NCBI GenBank assembly: GCA_965238005.1
Contig: OZ250165.1
Location: 1,342,195-1,406,194 of the forward strand
From: Longimicrobiales bacterium
Lineage (GTDB): Bacteria > Gemmatimonadota > Gemmatimonadetes > Longimicrobiales > Gaopeijiaceae
DNA length: 64,000 nt
Direction: 5' to 3'
The position numbers were made by a program, and so were the translations under genes. This document shows, piece by piece, positions 8,801 to 18,744 of this stretch (positions are counted from its first letter, which is position 1; every line of letters begins with the position of its first letter). The notes beneath the pieces were generated by a model, which was given only the letters and a program-made list of their open reading frames with translations, did no database searches and had not been told where the DNA came from.

Positions 8801-11296
8801 TTGCGAAACTCCGCTTTCCGGAGGCTTGTTCCCTGGTCCGTAGCTCTTTCACCGAGCCTCACGAGCTGCGGTGGGGGAGACGGGACGGCCCCGGAGCCCC
8901 CCAGGGCCACATCCATGTCGGTTACCCCGAGCTCCCTGGCGCTGACGTTCTTTGGCGAGACCCGGAGCGTGACGGCCTCGGTGCGCGATCAAAACGGCCA
9001 GCCCTTCAATACGAGCGTCTCCTGGACCAGCGACGACCCGGCGGTGGCTACCGTGAGCACAACCGGAGTCGTGACGGCCACGGGCAACGGAGCCACCACG
9101 GTGCGGGGGACGGCAGGGTCAATCTCGGCCACGGTGTCGGTGTCGGTCCAACAGGTGGCCAGCCAGGTCACGATCGTATCGGGGGATGGACAGACCGCCG
9201 TCGTCGGGACGGCACTGGTAGACGAGCTGGTGGCCCAAAGCAGCGACGCCGGGGGATCTCCTGTGCCCCTCATCGACATCTCCTTCAGCGTATCGACGGG
9301 TGGTGGCTTCCTCACCGTGACGTCCGTGACCACCGACACCCCGGGGAGAGCGTCGTCGGCGTGGACGCTGGGCACCACCGCCGGCGTTCAGCAGGTCAAG
9401 GAATCGATCGTGGGAGTGACAGGCGGCGACGCGACCTTCTCGGCCACGGCGAACCCTGGACCGGCGACCGAGCTGCTCATGGTGTCAGGTGACGAGCAGG
9501 TCGCCAGCAAGGGGACTGCCCTCGCGAGCCCGGTGGTCGTTCGCTTGGTGGACGAGTTCACCAACGGAGTGCCCGGCAGAACGGTCGCCTTCGCGGTAAC
9601 CGGCGGCTTCGGCTTCGTCGACGCGACGACGGTCCAGACCGGCTCGGATGGCTCCGCCCAAGCCGTCTGGACCGTCGGGCTGATACTGGGGGACAACACG
9701 CTCACCGCCACGGTCGATGGATTGGATCCGGTGACGTTCACCGCCACCTCCTTGGGGACTCCCGATCTGGCCGTAAGCGCCCTCACTGCCAACCCCACGA
9801 GCCCGACCTTGGAACAGACGGTCAATCTCCAGGCTAGCGTGGCCAACTTGGGCGACGGGCCCACCGGAACGGGCTTCAACGCGCGCCTCGAGCTGGACGG
9901 GACCGTCGTCGGTAACGCCGCCGTCGGGCCCCTCGATCCCGGCGGCCTCGCCGTCCTGTCGTTCTCCGACGTGGGGCCTCTGACCGAAGGTGGTCACACC
10001 TTCCGACTGGTGGCGGACGCGGGCGGAGCCATCCTGGAGTCCGACGAATCCAACAACAGCTCGGAGCTCCAGATCACGGCGGTCCAGGCCACAGCGCTCG
10101 AGGCAGGGACCCCGGTGCCCAACCTCGCCGGCGCCGCCGGCAGCATGACCTTCTTCACCGTGGAAGGGCCCGCGGCTACCGAGGCGCCCCAGAAGGCGCC
10201 GACCCTGGCCCCCGTCGCCTCGCTCGACGTGACCTTGTCCGGCGGCACCGGAAACGCGGACCTTTACGTGCACTTCGGCGAGCGCCCGAGCCTGCTCGCC
10301 GACTACGACTGTGCGTCGGCCGGTTCGACGACTGCGGAGTCGTGTGCCATCGCGAGCCCGACTCCCGGAACGTATCACATCGCCGTGCACGGCCTTGCCG
10401 ACTACTCGGGCGTGTCGCTCCTCGCGTCGACCACGGAGAGCACGGTGGGTGCCTTCGACATCGAGCTGGTGTTCATCAACAGCGGAACCGCCACCCAGAA
10501 TGCGGCGTTTACGGCGGCCGAGGTCCGCTGGGAGAGCTTCATCCAGAGCGACCTGCCCGATGTCAATTTTGCCACGAGCCCCAGGGCGGCGGATGAATGT
10601 ATCGAGGGCCAGCCCCTCATCGACGACCTCGTCGACGACTTGCGGATCTACGTCGACATAGTCACCATCGACGGTCCGTTGGGCGTCCTTGCCGAGGCTG
10701 GTCCGTGCCTGATTCGACTCGGCAGCTCCCTGCCCGTCGTCGGATCCATGCGGATCGACGTGGCGGACCTGGCGTTCCTCGAGGTGAACAACGAGATGGT
10801 GACGGTGGTCCTCCACGAGATGGGGCACGTGCTCGGGATCGGGACCCTCTGGGGCGAGCTGGGGCTCGTCCAGAACCCTTCGCTTCCGTCGAGTCCCGGC
10901 GTGGATACCCACTTCACCGGACCAAGGGCGATCGCCGCGTTCGACGTCGCCGGAGGAACGGGTTACACCGGAGGAGAAAAAGTGCCCGTCGAGAACGAGC
11001 TCGGCGAAGGCTCCGGCGATGCCCACTGGAGGGAATCCGTCCTGGGCGAGGAGCTCATGACGCCGAGTCTCAACAGTGGACAGGCGATCCCGTTGAGCGC
11101 CATATCGACGGAGTCGCTGGCCGATTTGGGATACACGGTGGACAGCTCGGGAGCAGACCCCTACAGCAAGGCCTTTACGGGCCCGGCCCGTGCTCCACTG
11201 GGCGGCCGGGTCATCGTCTTGGAAAACGATATCTACAAGGGGCCGTTGATCGTGGTGGACCCGAGTGGGCGGGCGCTTAGGGTGATCCGACGATGA
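8801..11296 (+). CDS. lipoprotein zinc metalloprotease, leishmanolysin-like (M8-like), with Big_2/Ig-like, CARDB and pre-peptidase C-terminal domains
   Basis: TTG 8801 (AAGGA 8 nt upstream) gives MRNSAFRRLVPWSVALSPSLTSC with an LTSC lipobox. There are Ig-like repeats (VSGDGQ.., VSGDEQ..) and a CARDB-like segment PDLAVSAL...ESDESNN. GNADLYVHFG...GTYHIAVHG resembles a PPC domain. The catalytic motifs are VVLHEMGHVLGIG plus GDAHWRE. The start is uncertain; the ORF track begins at GTG 8645. Confidence 0.75.
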   Translation: MRNSAFRRLVPWSVALSPSLTSCGGGDGTAPEPPRATSMSVTPSSLALTFFGETRSVTASVRDQNGQPFNTSVSWTSDDPAVATVSTTGVVTATGNGATTVRGTAGSISATVSVSVQQVASQVTIVSGDGQTAVVGTALVDELVAQSSDAGGSPVPLIDISFSVSTGGGFLTVTSVTTDTPGRASSAWTLGTTAGVQQVKESIVGVTGGDATFSATANPGPATELLMVSGDEQVASKGTALASPVVVRLVDEFTNGVPGRTVAFAVTGGFGFVDATTVQTGSDGSAQAVWTVGLILGDNTLTATVDGLDPVTFTATSLGTPDLAVSALTANPTSPTLEQTVNLQASVANLGDGPTGTGFNARLELDGTVVGNAAVGPLDPGGLAVLSFSDVGPLTEGGHTFRLVADAGGAILESDESNNSSELQITAVQATALEAGTPVPNLAGAAGSMTFFTVEGPAATEAPQKAPTLAPVASLDVTLSGGTGNADLYVHFGERPSLLADYDCASAGSTTAESCAIASPTPGTYHIAVHGLADYSGVSLLASTTESTVGAFDIELVFINSGTATQNAAFTAAEVRWESFIQSDLPDVNFATSPRAADECIEGQPLIDDLVDDLRIYVDIVTIDGPLGVLAEAGPCLIRLGSSLPVVGSMRIDVADLAFLEVNNEMVTVVLHEMGHVLGIGTLWGELGLVQNPSLPSSPGVDTHFTGPRAIAAFDVAGGTGYTGGEKVPVENELGEGSGDAHWRESVLGEELMTPSLNSGQAIPLSAISTESLADLGYTVDSSGADPYSKAFTGPARAPLGGRVIVLENDIYKGPLIVVDPSGRALRVIRR

Positions 11297-11991
11297 GCCG
11301 GCGGACGAACGCGGGTTCGACGATGCGCCGGAGGACGTGCCTGGCCGCGTGGCGGGCCGGACGCCCGTTCATGGCTCTCCTACCCGCCGGGGTCCTCGCC
11401 GCCGCTTGCACCTCGTCGGGGGGCGACGCCGAGTCGGCTGGCGCCGGTGAGGTCGGAGCGCCCGCCGGGGATCGGCCTCTGCCGACGTGCGTGCCACCCT
11501 CGGGCGAGCTGGCCGCCGACGCCACCCTCGACGGCCGGGCCGGCGAGTACACGTTGAGGATGGTGGGGGGCGCGGAGGGGGACGACGCCGCATCCATTCA
11601 GGGGACCCTCATCCTACACCAGCAGTCGGCTGACCTCCGGCAGTTCTCGGGCAGCGATGGAAGCGCGATCCCGGGGGTTGTCGCTCCGCTCTTCGGCACC
11701 ACCGACGTGGGCGTCGAGGCCGTGGGTGCGCTCCGCGTCGGCGATCTCTCGAGCGCCGATCCCGCCGCCCCCGGCGTTCTCGTGATCGAGAGTGAGACCG
11801 CTCAGGGACCCAGCATCCTCCTGCGCTTTGGATCGGACGCCAACCGCCGGGACATGGTGCGCTTCGACGGTGGGTTCACGGTCCTGGAGCTCCGGGAGAT
11901 CGGAGGCGACGGGTTCAGCGGGACCTGGACCAGCGGGGCCTGGGGGCGGGCGACGGGCGGGTATTTCTGTGCCGAGCGGGTGGCGGGCTAG
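11293..11991 (+). CDS. hypothetical lipoprotein
   Basis: 232-aa ORF. Its ATG overlaps the upstream stop (ATGA). LPAGVLAAACTSSGG is lipobox-like. I recognise no family. Confidence 0.5.
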   Translation: MSRRTNAGSTMRRRTCLAAWRAGRPFMALLPAGVLAAACTSSGGDAESAGAGEVGAPAGDRPLPTCVPPSGELAADATLDGRAGEYTLRMVGGAEGDDAASIQGTLILHQQSADLRQFSGSDGSAIPGVVAPLFGTTDVGVEAVGALRVGDLSSADPAAPGVLVIESETAQGPSILLRFGSDANRRDMVRFDGGFTVLELREIGGDGFSGTWTSGAWGRATGGYFCAERVAG

Positions 11992-12023
11992 GACTGCCCC
12001 CACCCGCTACCGACACGGCGGCC

Positions 12024-13748
12024 CTAGAAGTAGTACCGCAGCCCGAGCTGGACCTGGAACTGCAGCACGAGGTTGTTCCCCAACAGGCCCTCGGTTCCGA
12101 AGGTGTCGTTCACGCCGTAGACGATGCGCTGGCCCGCCGCATCGAACCGGGCCGGCACCAGCAGGTCCGAGTCCGCCCCAAAAACGCCCGTCCAGCGGCC
12201 CAGGCCACACACGCCCGACGTGAAGTCGGCGTCGTCCGCCGATGCGTCGCAGAATAGCTGGCCGATGCCGTTCAGCACGTTGAACAGGTCCACCTGCACC
12301 TCGAGCCTCTGGGAGCTCTGGAATTCGAACCCCTTGGAGAGTCTCATGTCCAGCTGGTGCGTCCAGGGGAAGCGGCACGTGTTCCGCTCCAGGATCCTGC
12401 CCTGGAAGTCGCCGATGCAGCTGTACTCCTCCAAGATCGATCGGTACACGTCCCGGTCCTCGTCGTCGTCGGTCGGGAGATTCGCGGCGCTGAAGACAAA
12501 TAGCCGGTCGTTGAACCGGACTCCGTCACCATTCAGGTCGTCGTCGCCCACGGGCGACCACGGGCGGCCGCTCTGGCTCCGGAGGATCGCACTGGCCTGG
12601 ATCCCCCAGGGGAAATTCACGAAGCTGGAAAAGACCAAAGTGTGCTCGCGGGAGAAGCTGCTACGGCCCCATCCCCTGTCGAAGTCGCCGATCCCGCCGA
12701 TGTCGTTGGGGCCGAAGATGCCGATGCTGGTGCGTGAGTAGCCCCTGCCTGCGGTGCAGCATGTGTACGGCGAGTTGTCCCAGGCCCGGGTCCAGGTGTA
12801 GGAGCCCTGGAGCTGGAAGTTGTCGTTGACCTGTTGCCTGGCGTTGGCGGTGAGGGTCCAGGTCCGTGCTCGACCGTCGTTGAAGTTCACCAGGACGTCG
12901 CCGAACTCGAGGTTTCGGCGAGAGGCTGTGCTGTTTGCTTGAGTGGGGTCGAACTCGGTTGCGGGGCTGAAGATCCGGCGGCCGGCCTCGCCGTCCAGCG
13001 TGAACTGGGGCTCGCGGAGGTTGAGGTTGCGAACCGTGTAGAGGCTGTTGCTCTGGCTGTAGATGAGGTCCACCGAGAGCTGGGTCCGGTCCCCGATCAG
13101 GGTCTCGAATCCCACGTTGGCCTTGAGGTGCTCGGGGAGCTCGAAGCTTTCGCTCCAGAGCGTGTACACCGGAACCCCGCCGGCACCCGCGTCTGCACAG
13201 GTGATGGGATTGTCGAAGCCGTCTATGCCCCAGCCGCTGAAGCCCTGCGGGGACGGTGGAGCGTCGGGGTCGCCATCCAGGATGGAGCCGTTACAGATCA
13301 CCTCGAGGATGGGGCGCTCGGTCTGGAGGACGTCCCCCCCCACGACCCCCGGCACGGTTCCGTAGAAGAGGCCCGCTCCCGCGCGGATCACACGTCGGCC
13401 ATCACCGTCGACGTCATACGCGATGGAAACCCTGGGGGAGATGTTGTTGTCGTCGGTGGGCGCGAATCCGGTCTGGAACCCGAAGGCGCGCTCCACGTCG
13501 ACCACGGGCGTCGGGCTGTCGCGGAACGACTGGAGGTCGTACCGGAGGCCCAGGATGGCCGTCAGCCTCGGCGAAACCTGCCACTCGTCCTGCACGTAGG
13601 CCGACCACTCCATGACGTCGAACGCCGCCCGCGCGATCCCGCCTCCTTCCTGGAAGGGACGGAAGTACGCCGACGGCCGGAAGCTGCGGAAGTCGTCCAG
13701 GTTGGCGAAACGGAATTCGCCGGCGCCCTCGTTCTGTGAGCCCGGGTT
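12024..13748 (-). pseudogene. TonB-dependent receptor, 5'-truncated (C-terminal beta-barrel only)
   Basis: The ORF ends ...QLGLRYYF, the typical TBDR terminal Phe. My hand translation upstream of Met 13613 continues TBDR-like (NLDDFRSFRPSAYFRPF...AAFDV) up to stop 13749-13751. No plug or N-terminal domain is present, and unrelated DNA follows. Confidence 0.7.
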
Positions 13749-13787
13749 CTAAAGAAACGCCCAACCCGCAAGAGCACGGAGTCGAGA

Positions 13788-14171
13788 ATGAGACACACTC
13801 GAAGAAAGTTTCTCGCGACCATCTTGACCGTTCTCGCCACCAGCGCGTTGTCGTGTGGCGGCGGCGGCGACGAGGGCTCCGACGGCCTCACCCCACCGAC
13901 CGATGTGGACTGCCTTTCCAACGGAGCTACGGCGGACATTGGGGGATTTGGACCAACGAGCCACGCGCTGTCGGTCTCCCCAGAAGACGTGCGGGCAGGC
14001 GTGGCCAAGACCTACGAAGTCTTTAGCCCGAGCAACCACCCACACAACGTGACGCTCACGGCCGACCACTTCGCCTCGCTCCAGGCCAATCAGTCCGTAA
14101 CGGTCCCCGTCAGCATCTTCCAGGGCCGATTTAGTGACCACACTCACAACGCAGTGGTCAGCTGCCTCTGA
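13788..14171 (+). CDS. hypothetical lipoprotein with repeated His motifs
   Basis: 127-aa ORF starting MRHTRRKFLATILTVLATSALSCGGGG (lipobox). Motifs are SHALSV, NHPHNVTLT and DHTHNAVVSC. Confidence 0.55.
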   Translation: MRHTRRKFLATILTVLATSALSCGGGGDEGSDGLTPPTDVDCLSNGATADIGGFGPTSHALSVSPEDVRAGVAKTYEVFSPSNHPHNVTLTADHFASLQANQSVTVPVSIFQGRFSDHTHNAVVSCL

Positions 14172-14731
14172 CGAGTGGAGCTAATCACCTTGCTGCGCGT
14201 GCCAGCGCCTGGTCCATGCCCGACGCCAGCGTCTCGGAGTCTCGTCGAAGAGCTGTGAAGCGTTCCGCAGGTTTGTTCTCGACGAATGCCCGGCCATGGA
14301 GACGATGCAATGCATCTGTGAGGGCTCGAAACACTTCGGAGGAACGACGGGCGAGAGTGTTACCATGACGCGGGAACACGGTGGAGCCTCGAAGGTTCCT
14401 CTCTGTCCTCAAATCCAACCGATGCCCCCCATTGAGGCTCCATTCGCACCCTTTAGATATGAATAAAGCCGTTTCGCAGCATGGGCTTCGTCTCGGTGAT
14501 CATCGCGTCGGGGATCTTCGCGCTGGGGCTGCCGTTGGTGTTGCTGTAGGCGCGTACGGATCAGCAAGCCGATAACGGTCCTCTAAGCCACGAGGACGCT
14601 CCAGCCTAACCTGGATACCGAATAAACCCCGAAGACGCATAGACGGCGATTCTGGGCGTGTGACGGGCGTCTGCTTGCGCCTCCCGGCCCGCTCTCGGAT
14701 GTTGACCTCGGTCTGATCCCGGAGTGTCCCT

Positions 14732-17446
14732 GTGTCCGATCCAGTTATCCGCCTGAACGTCGCTCTTCAGGGCCGCTACCGCGTAGAGCGTGAGCTGGGC
14801 GAAGGCGGCATGGCGACGGTGTTTCTGGCCGACGATCTCAAGCACGAGCGCAAGGTCGCGCTGAAGGTGCTGAAGCCGGAGTTGGCAGCCGTCGTCGGAG
14901 CCGAGCGTTTCCTGGCCGAGATCAAGACGACGGCGAACCTCCAGCATCCGCACATCCTGCCGCTCTTCGATTCGGGAGAAGCGAACGGGTTCCTCTTTTA
15001 CGTGATGCCCTACGTGGAAGGCGAGTCGCTTCGAGATCGGATCGACCGCGAGAAGCAGCTTCCGGTGGATGAGGCCGTGCGGATCGCCACGGCGGTGGCT
15101 AACGCACTGGACCACGCCCATCGTCACAACGTCATCCACCGCGACATCAAGCCTGCCAACATCCTGCTCCAAGACGGCGAGCCGGTGGTGGCCGACTTCG
15201 GGATCGCGTTGGCTGTCGGAGCGGGAGGAGGCGACCGACTCACCGAGACGGGACTGAGCCTAGGCACCCCGTTCTACATGAGCCCGGAACAGGCGACGGG
15301 TGATCAGCCAGTGGGATCGTCCACCGATACCTACGCACTTGGCTCAGTCCTATATGAGATGCTCACTGGTGATCCACCGTACATGGGGAGCACGGCGCAG
15401 GCTGTGCTGGGCCAGATCATCTCGGCCAAACCGATCTCGGCCACGGATAAGCGTCCGTCGATCCCAGCCAATGTGGACGCTACGGTGCGGAAGGCACTGG
15501 AGAAGCTACCGGCGGATCGGTTTAAGTCGGCCCAGGACTTCGCGAGGGCCTTAGGTGATGGGCACTTCCGGTATGGGGAGGCCGAGGTGGGAGTTGGTGC
15601 GGCCGCAAGTCCGTGGAATCGGCTGACGATCGCCACGACGACGCTCACAGCGTTGCTCGCGCTCACCCTCGGATGGTCGCTCCTGCGTCCCGAGCCTCCA
15701 CAACCTCCCGAGCCGGTCACCCGGGTCTCCGTGCTGATGGGAGAAGATGAGTCCTTTCATCCCAACTTCGGAGAACTCGACCTTTCGACCGATGGATCGC
15801 TCATGGTCTACAGAGGTCGAGGTGATGAAGGGCAATCTCAGCTGTGGGTGAGGCGGTGGGATGCCTTGGAAGCCACTCCGATCCGGAATACGGACAGGGG
15901 CGGGGCTTGGGACCCGGCGATCTCTCCTGACGGTCGCGAGGTGGCTTTTAGAGCGGGTTACTCGATTCGGGTCGTGCCGCTTGAAGGCGGGGCATCGCGG
16001 ACCCTCCTCACCGACTCAGCCAGATGCTGCCTAAGCTGGAGTCCGGAGGGTGATTGGGTCTATTACACCAGACTGTCGCAAGGACTGAGCCGCGTGCCAG
16101 CGAGCGGTGGACCGTCCGAGGTTGTCACCCAGGTGGATACCGCAGCCGGAGACTTGTTCCATGGGTCCGCGGATGCGGTGCCGGGTGGCAGGGTCGTCTT
16201 GTTCACGACGGGAGATGGTTCCATCCCAAGAATCCAAGCCCTGGACCTGGAAACCGGCGAACTCAGGGACCTCACACCAGGCAGAACCCCACGCTACAGC
16301 CCCACCGGCCATCTGCTCTTCATGGACGCGAACGAGGGCACCCTTTCGGCTGCTCCCTTCGATGTGAAGAACCTGGAGCTTACGGGCGCAGCGGTGCCGA
16401 TGGCGGAGGGAGTGCTGCAAAACCCGCAGGGATCGCGTTTCTTCGACATATCCGCGTCGGGCAGGCTTGTGTACCGGACAGGTGCCACGGCTGGCATTTA
16501 CACCCCTGTGTGGGTGGAGCGTAACGGGACCTTCCGAGAAATCGATACCGAGTGGACGTTCGATCCCGGGTCCGATCCCGGAGGCCCCATTGATTACCGA
16601 GGGCTATCTCTGTCGCCCGACGGCACACGCTTGGCTGTGACGATCCTCGACGACGCGAACTACGATATCTGGATCAAAGAGCTGCCGAGAGGCCCCCTCA
16701 CTCGATTGACGTTCGATGAGGGCGCGGATTTCCGTCCCCGGTGGACCCCGGACGGGAACGCAGTCACGTTTCTGTCCGATCGGAGGGAAGCTCTCAGCAC
16801 GGATATTTTCTTGAAGCGAACGTCCTTCACCGGCGACGCGCAGTTGATCATGGACCACGAGTTGCCGTTTAGGGAGGGAGCCTATTCTCCGGACGGCGCT
16901 TGGCTAATCGCACGGACGGATAGGGGTACTCTAAATGCTGGTGGAGATATCTGGAGCTTCCGTCCAGATCGCGACACCGTGCCCGCGCCACTCGTCGTCA
17001 CCGACTACGACGTGAAGGCGATCTCCATTTCGCCCAACGGCCGCTGGCTGATGTACGAATCGAACGAAACCGGACGCAACGAAGTGTACGTCCGCCCCTT
17101 GCCCGATGTGGACGAAGGAAAGTGGACCGTCTCGACCGCGGGAGGCGTTATGCCCCGGTGGGCGCACAGCGGACGCGAGGTCTTCTACGTCAATGCAGAC
17201 AACGAGATGGTGGCCGCTCAGGTACTGCCTGGAGCGGTCTTCCAGGTCGGTGACCGCTCGGTCCTGTTCCCTCTAGACGACGACTTTCTCTTCCTACAGT
17301 ATGAGCGGTACGCCCTTTACGATGTCGCACCGGGTGACGATCGGTTCATCTGGCTGGGGGCGAGAACCAACGAAACCGTCGCTACCCACGAACTGATTCT
17401 CGTCGAGAACTTCTTCGAGGAGTTGAAGGAGCGGGTGCCCAACTAA
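14732..17446 (+). CDS. serine/threonine protein kinase fused to a TolB-like beta-propeller C-terminal region
   Basis: 904-aa ORF. Kinase motifs are GEGGMATVF, VALK, HRDIKPANILL, DFGIA and SPEQ. A TM-like segment LTIATTTLTALLALTLGW follows, then repeated SPDG...(V/A)(F/Y) propeller-like units. Confidence 0.9.
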   Translation: MSDPVIRLNVALQGRYRVERELGEGGMATVFLADDLKHERKVALKVLKPELAAVVGAERFLAEIKTTANLQHPHILPLFDSGEANGFLFYVMPYVEGESLRDRIDREKQLPVDEAVRIATAVANALDHAHRHNVIHRDIKPANILLQDGEPVVADFGIALAVGAGGGDRLTETGLSLGTPFYMSPEQATGDQPVGSSTDTYALGSVLYEMLTGDPPYMGSTAQAVLGQIISAKPISATDKRPSIPANVDATVRKALEKLPADRFKSAQDFARALGDGHFRYGEAEVGVGAAASPWNRLTIATTTLTALLALTLGWSLLRPEPPQPPEPVTRVSVLMGEDESFHPNFGELDLSTDGSLMVYRGRGDEGQSQLWVRRWDALEATPIRNTDRGGAWDPAISPDGREVAFRAGYSIRVVPLEGGASRTLLTDSARCCLSWSPEGDWVYYTRLSQGLSRVPASGGPSEVVTQVDTAAGDLFHGSADAVPGGRVVLFTTGDGSIPRIQALDLETGELRDLTPGRTPRYSPTGHLLFMDANEGTLSAAPFDVKNLELTGAAVPMAEGVLQNPQGSRFFDISASGRLVYRTGATAGIYTPVWVERNGTFREIDTEWTFDPGSDPGGPIDYRGLSLSPDGTRLAVTILDDANYDIWIKELPRGPLTRLTFDEGADFRPRWTPDGNAVTFLSDRREALSTDIFLKRTSFTGDAQLIMDHELPFREGAYSPDGAWLIARTDRGTLNAGGDIWSFRPDRDTVPAPLVVTDYDVKAISISPNGRWLMYESNETGRNEVYVRPLPDVDEGKWTVSTAGGVMPRWAHSGREVFYVNADNEMVAAQVLPGAVFQVGDRSVLFPLDDDFLFLQYERYALYDVAPGDDRFIWLGARTNETVATHELILVENFFEELKERVPN

Positions 17447-17508
17447 CGGCCTCGCATCAGTCCCATCCAGCAATCGCCCAACCTCAGCATCACCCATAGC
17501 TTGAGCGC

Positions 17509-17793
17509 ATGGGCAGGTACTCCTGGGGCGACTTCGGGTTTGGCTCAGTTCAGCCGCAGACTCGCACTCCTCGGCTGACGGTTCGCTGCGAGTATCAAGG
17601 CAGCAGCATGGAGCCGATTCAGGTGACGTTCAGAATCTCACCTCGCTACGGCATCTACGCTGCTCACGAAGCCCACAACTGGTTCCTCGCGATGATGCAG
17701 GAGCTTGAAGAGTTCGAGGTAGTGACGGATGAGCCTGGGCAGTTGCCGATGCCGTTTTGTAGTGACACGGTCAGGAGAATCACGAGTCTGTAA
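17509..17793 (+). CDS. hypothetical protein
   Basis: 94-aa ORF at the start of the low-G+C patch. I see no recognisable motif. Confidence 0.3.
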   Translation: MGRYSWGDFGFGSVQPQTRTPRLTVRCEYQGSSMEPIQVTFRISPRYGIYAAHEAHNWFLAMMQELEEFEVVTDEPGQLPMPFCSDTVRRITSL

Positions 17794-18234
17794 TCATGCA
17801 AGATTCTCGGTCAGGGAGGGCGTCTACTTTACATAATACTTCTTATACGCACGTCAGGAATCTAGGAAATCCACCATTTGACCGGAGAATTCCGGCTCTG
17901 TGGCCCAGACCGTATAGTTATCCACGTCTGATACGGGCTAGGGGCCGAATATTCATACGCTGCGCCGGTGCCATTTCAAGGGGGGTAGAGCGCGTAGAGC
18001 GGCGACCGTGAATGAGGCCCGGATCATTCGACGAAGGCAACCAACGACCTATGAGAATCCCACCAATCGAGCACTTCGTTGATTCGTCCTTCTTTCGCCG
18101 CTATGTCGGGGAGGTGGTGAATCGTGATCCAGCGATGCTTACGCAAGGTGGCCCCCGGTGCCCAAGGGTGATTCCTCAAGCTCGGACGCCAACGCGGCGT
18201 TGACCAGGTGGGGTGAGGCGATGTATCTCCGATT

Positions 18235-18675
18235 TTGGAGGTTTTCTGCGTGAAAGCAATCGGCAGCTTTATCGCCATCCCAGCCATCCTGTTCCTGGCA
18301 GGATGTTCTGGACCGACTGGCCCAGAGTCTGTTGCTGGCCACTACGACCTAGTGTCGGTGGATGGGGAACCACTGCCGATCATGGGTCCCAACTTTCTGC
18401 TTTGTGCTTTCGGGGGTCCATGCGATCAACTCATTGAATATGTGAGTTCGGGCTTCATCCTACTCCGCGCCGATGGTACGTATTCGTACAACGAAGATGT
18501 GTGGCCCACCGTGGACAAAGAAGGCGAAGGAGCTTTCAGAATTGATGGAGGCTCGTTGACGTTCACGTGGTCTGTCGGGGATACGCCAACCAACCAGCCC
18601 GTCTGGAGAGCTACCATCACCGACAATAGGGTCACGGTTCCCGACGACAACAACCGGGTGTACATCAAACGCTAG
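18235..18675 (+). CDS. hypothetical lipoprotein
   Basis: 146-aa ORF with AIPAILFLAGCSGP lipobox. I recognise no family. Confidence 0.5.
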   Translation: MEVFCVKAIGSFIAIPAILFLAGCSGPTGPESVAGHYDLVSVDGEPLPIMGPNFLLCAFGGPCDQLIEYVSSGFILLRADGTYSYNEDVWPTVDKEGEGAFRIDGGSLTFTWSVGDTPTNQPVWRATITDNRVTVPDDNNRVYIKR

Positions 18676-18744
18676 GCAGCCTTCGGTCGATAGCCCGTTG
18701 GCACCCCCCGCGGGGGTCGCTCAAGCTGCTTCCGGTCGTCCGCC

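Noticed and set aside
9485-11026. 513-aa antisense ORF inside the metalloprotease gene
   Set aside because: Shadow ORF with a low-complexity Arg/Gly/Asp product. The sense strand has domain-level evidence.
14181-14418. 61-aa and 77-aa minus-strand ORFs between the lipoprotein and the kinase
   Set aside because: I see no motifs, and the two frames overlap. They could be remnants of a regulator, but I cannot support any call.
18704-18716. GC palindrome CCCCCCGCGGGGG between the convergent lipoprotein gene and terL as an intrinsic terminator
   Set aside because: The loop is too short as drawn and there is no U-tract on either strand. It may still act as a weak bidirectional hairpin, but this is unsupported.
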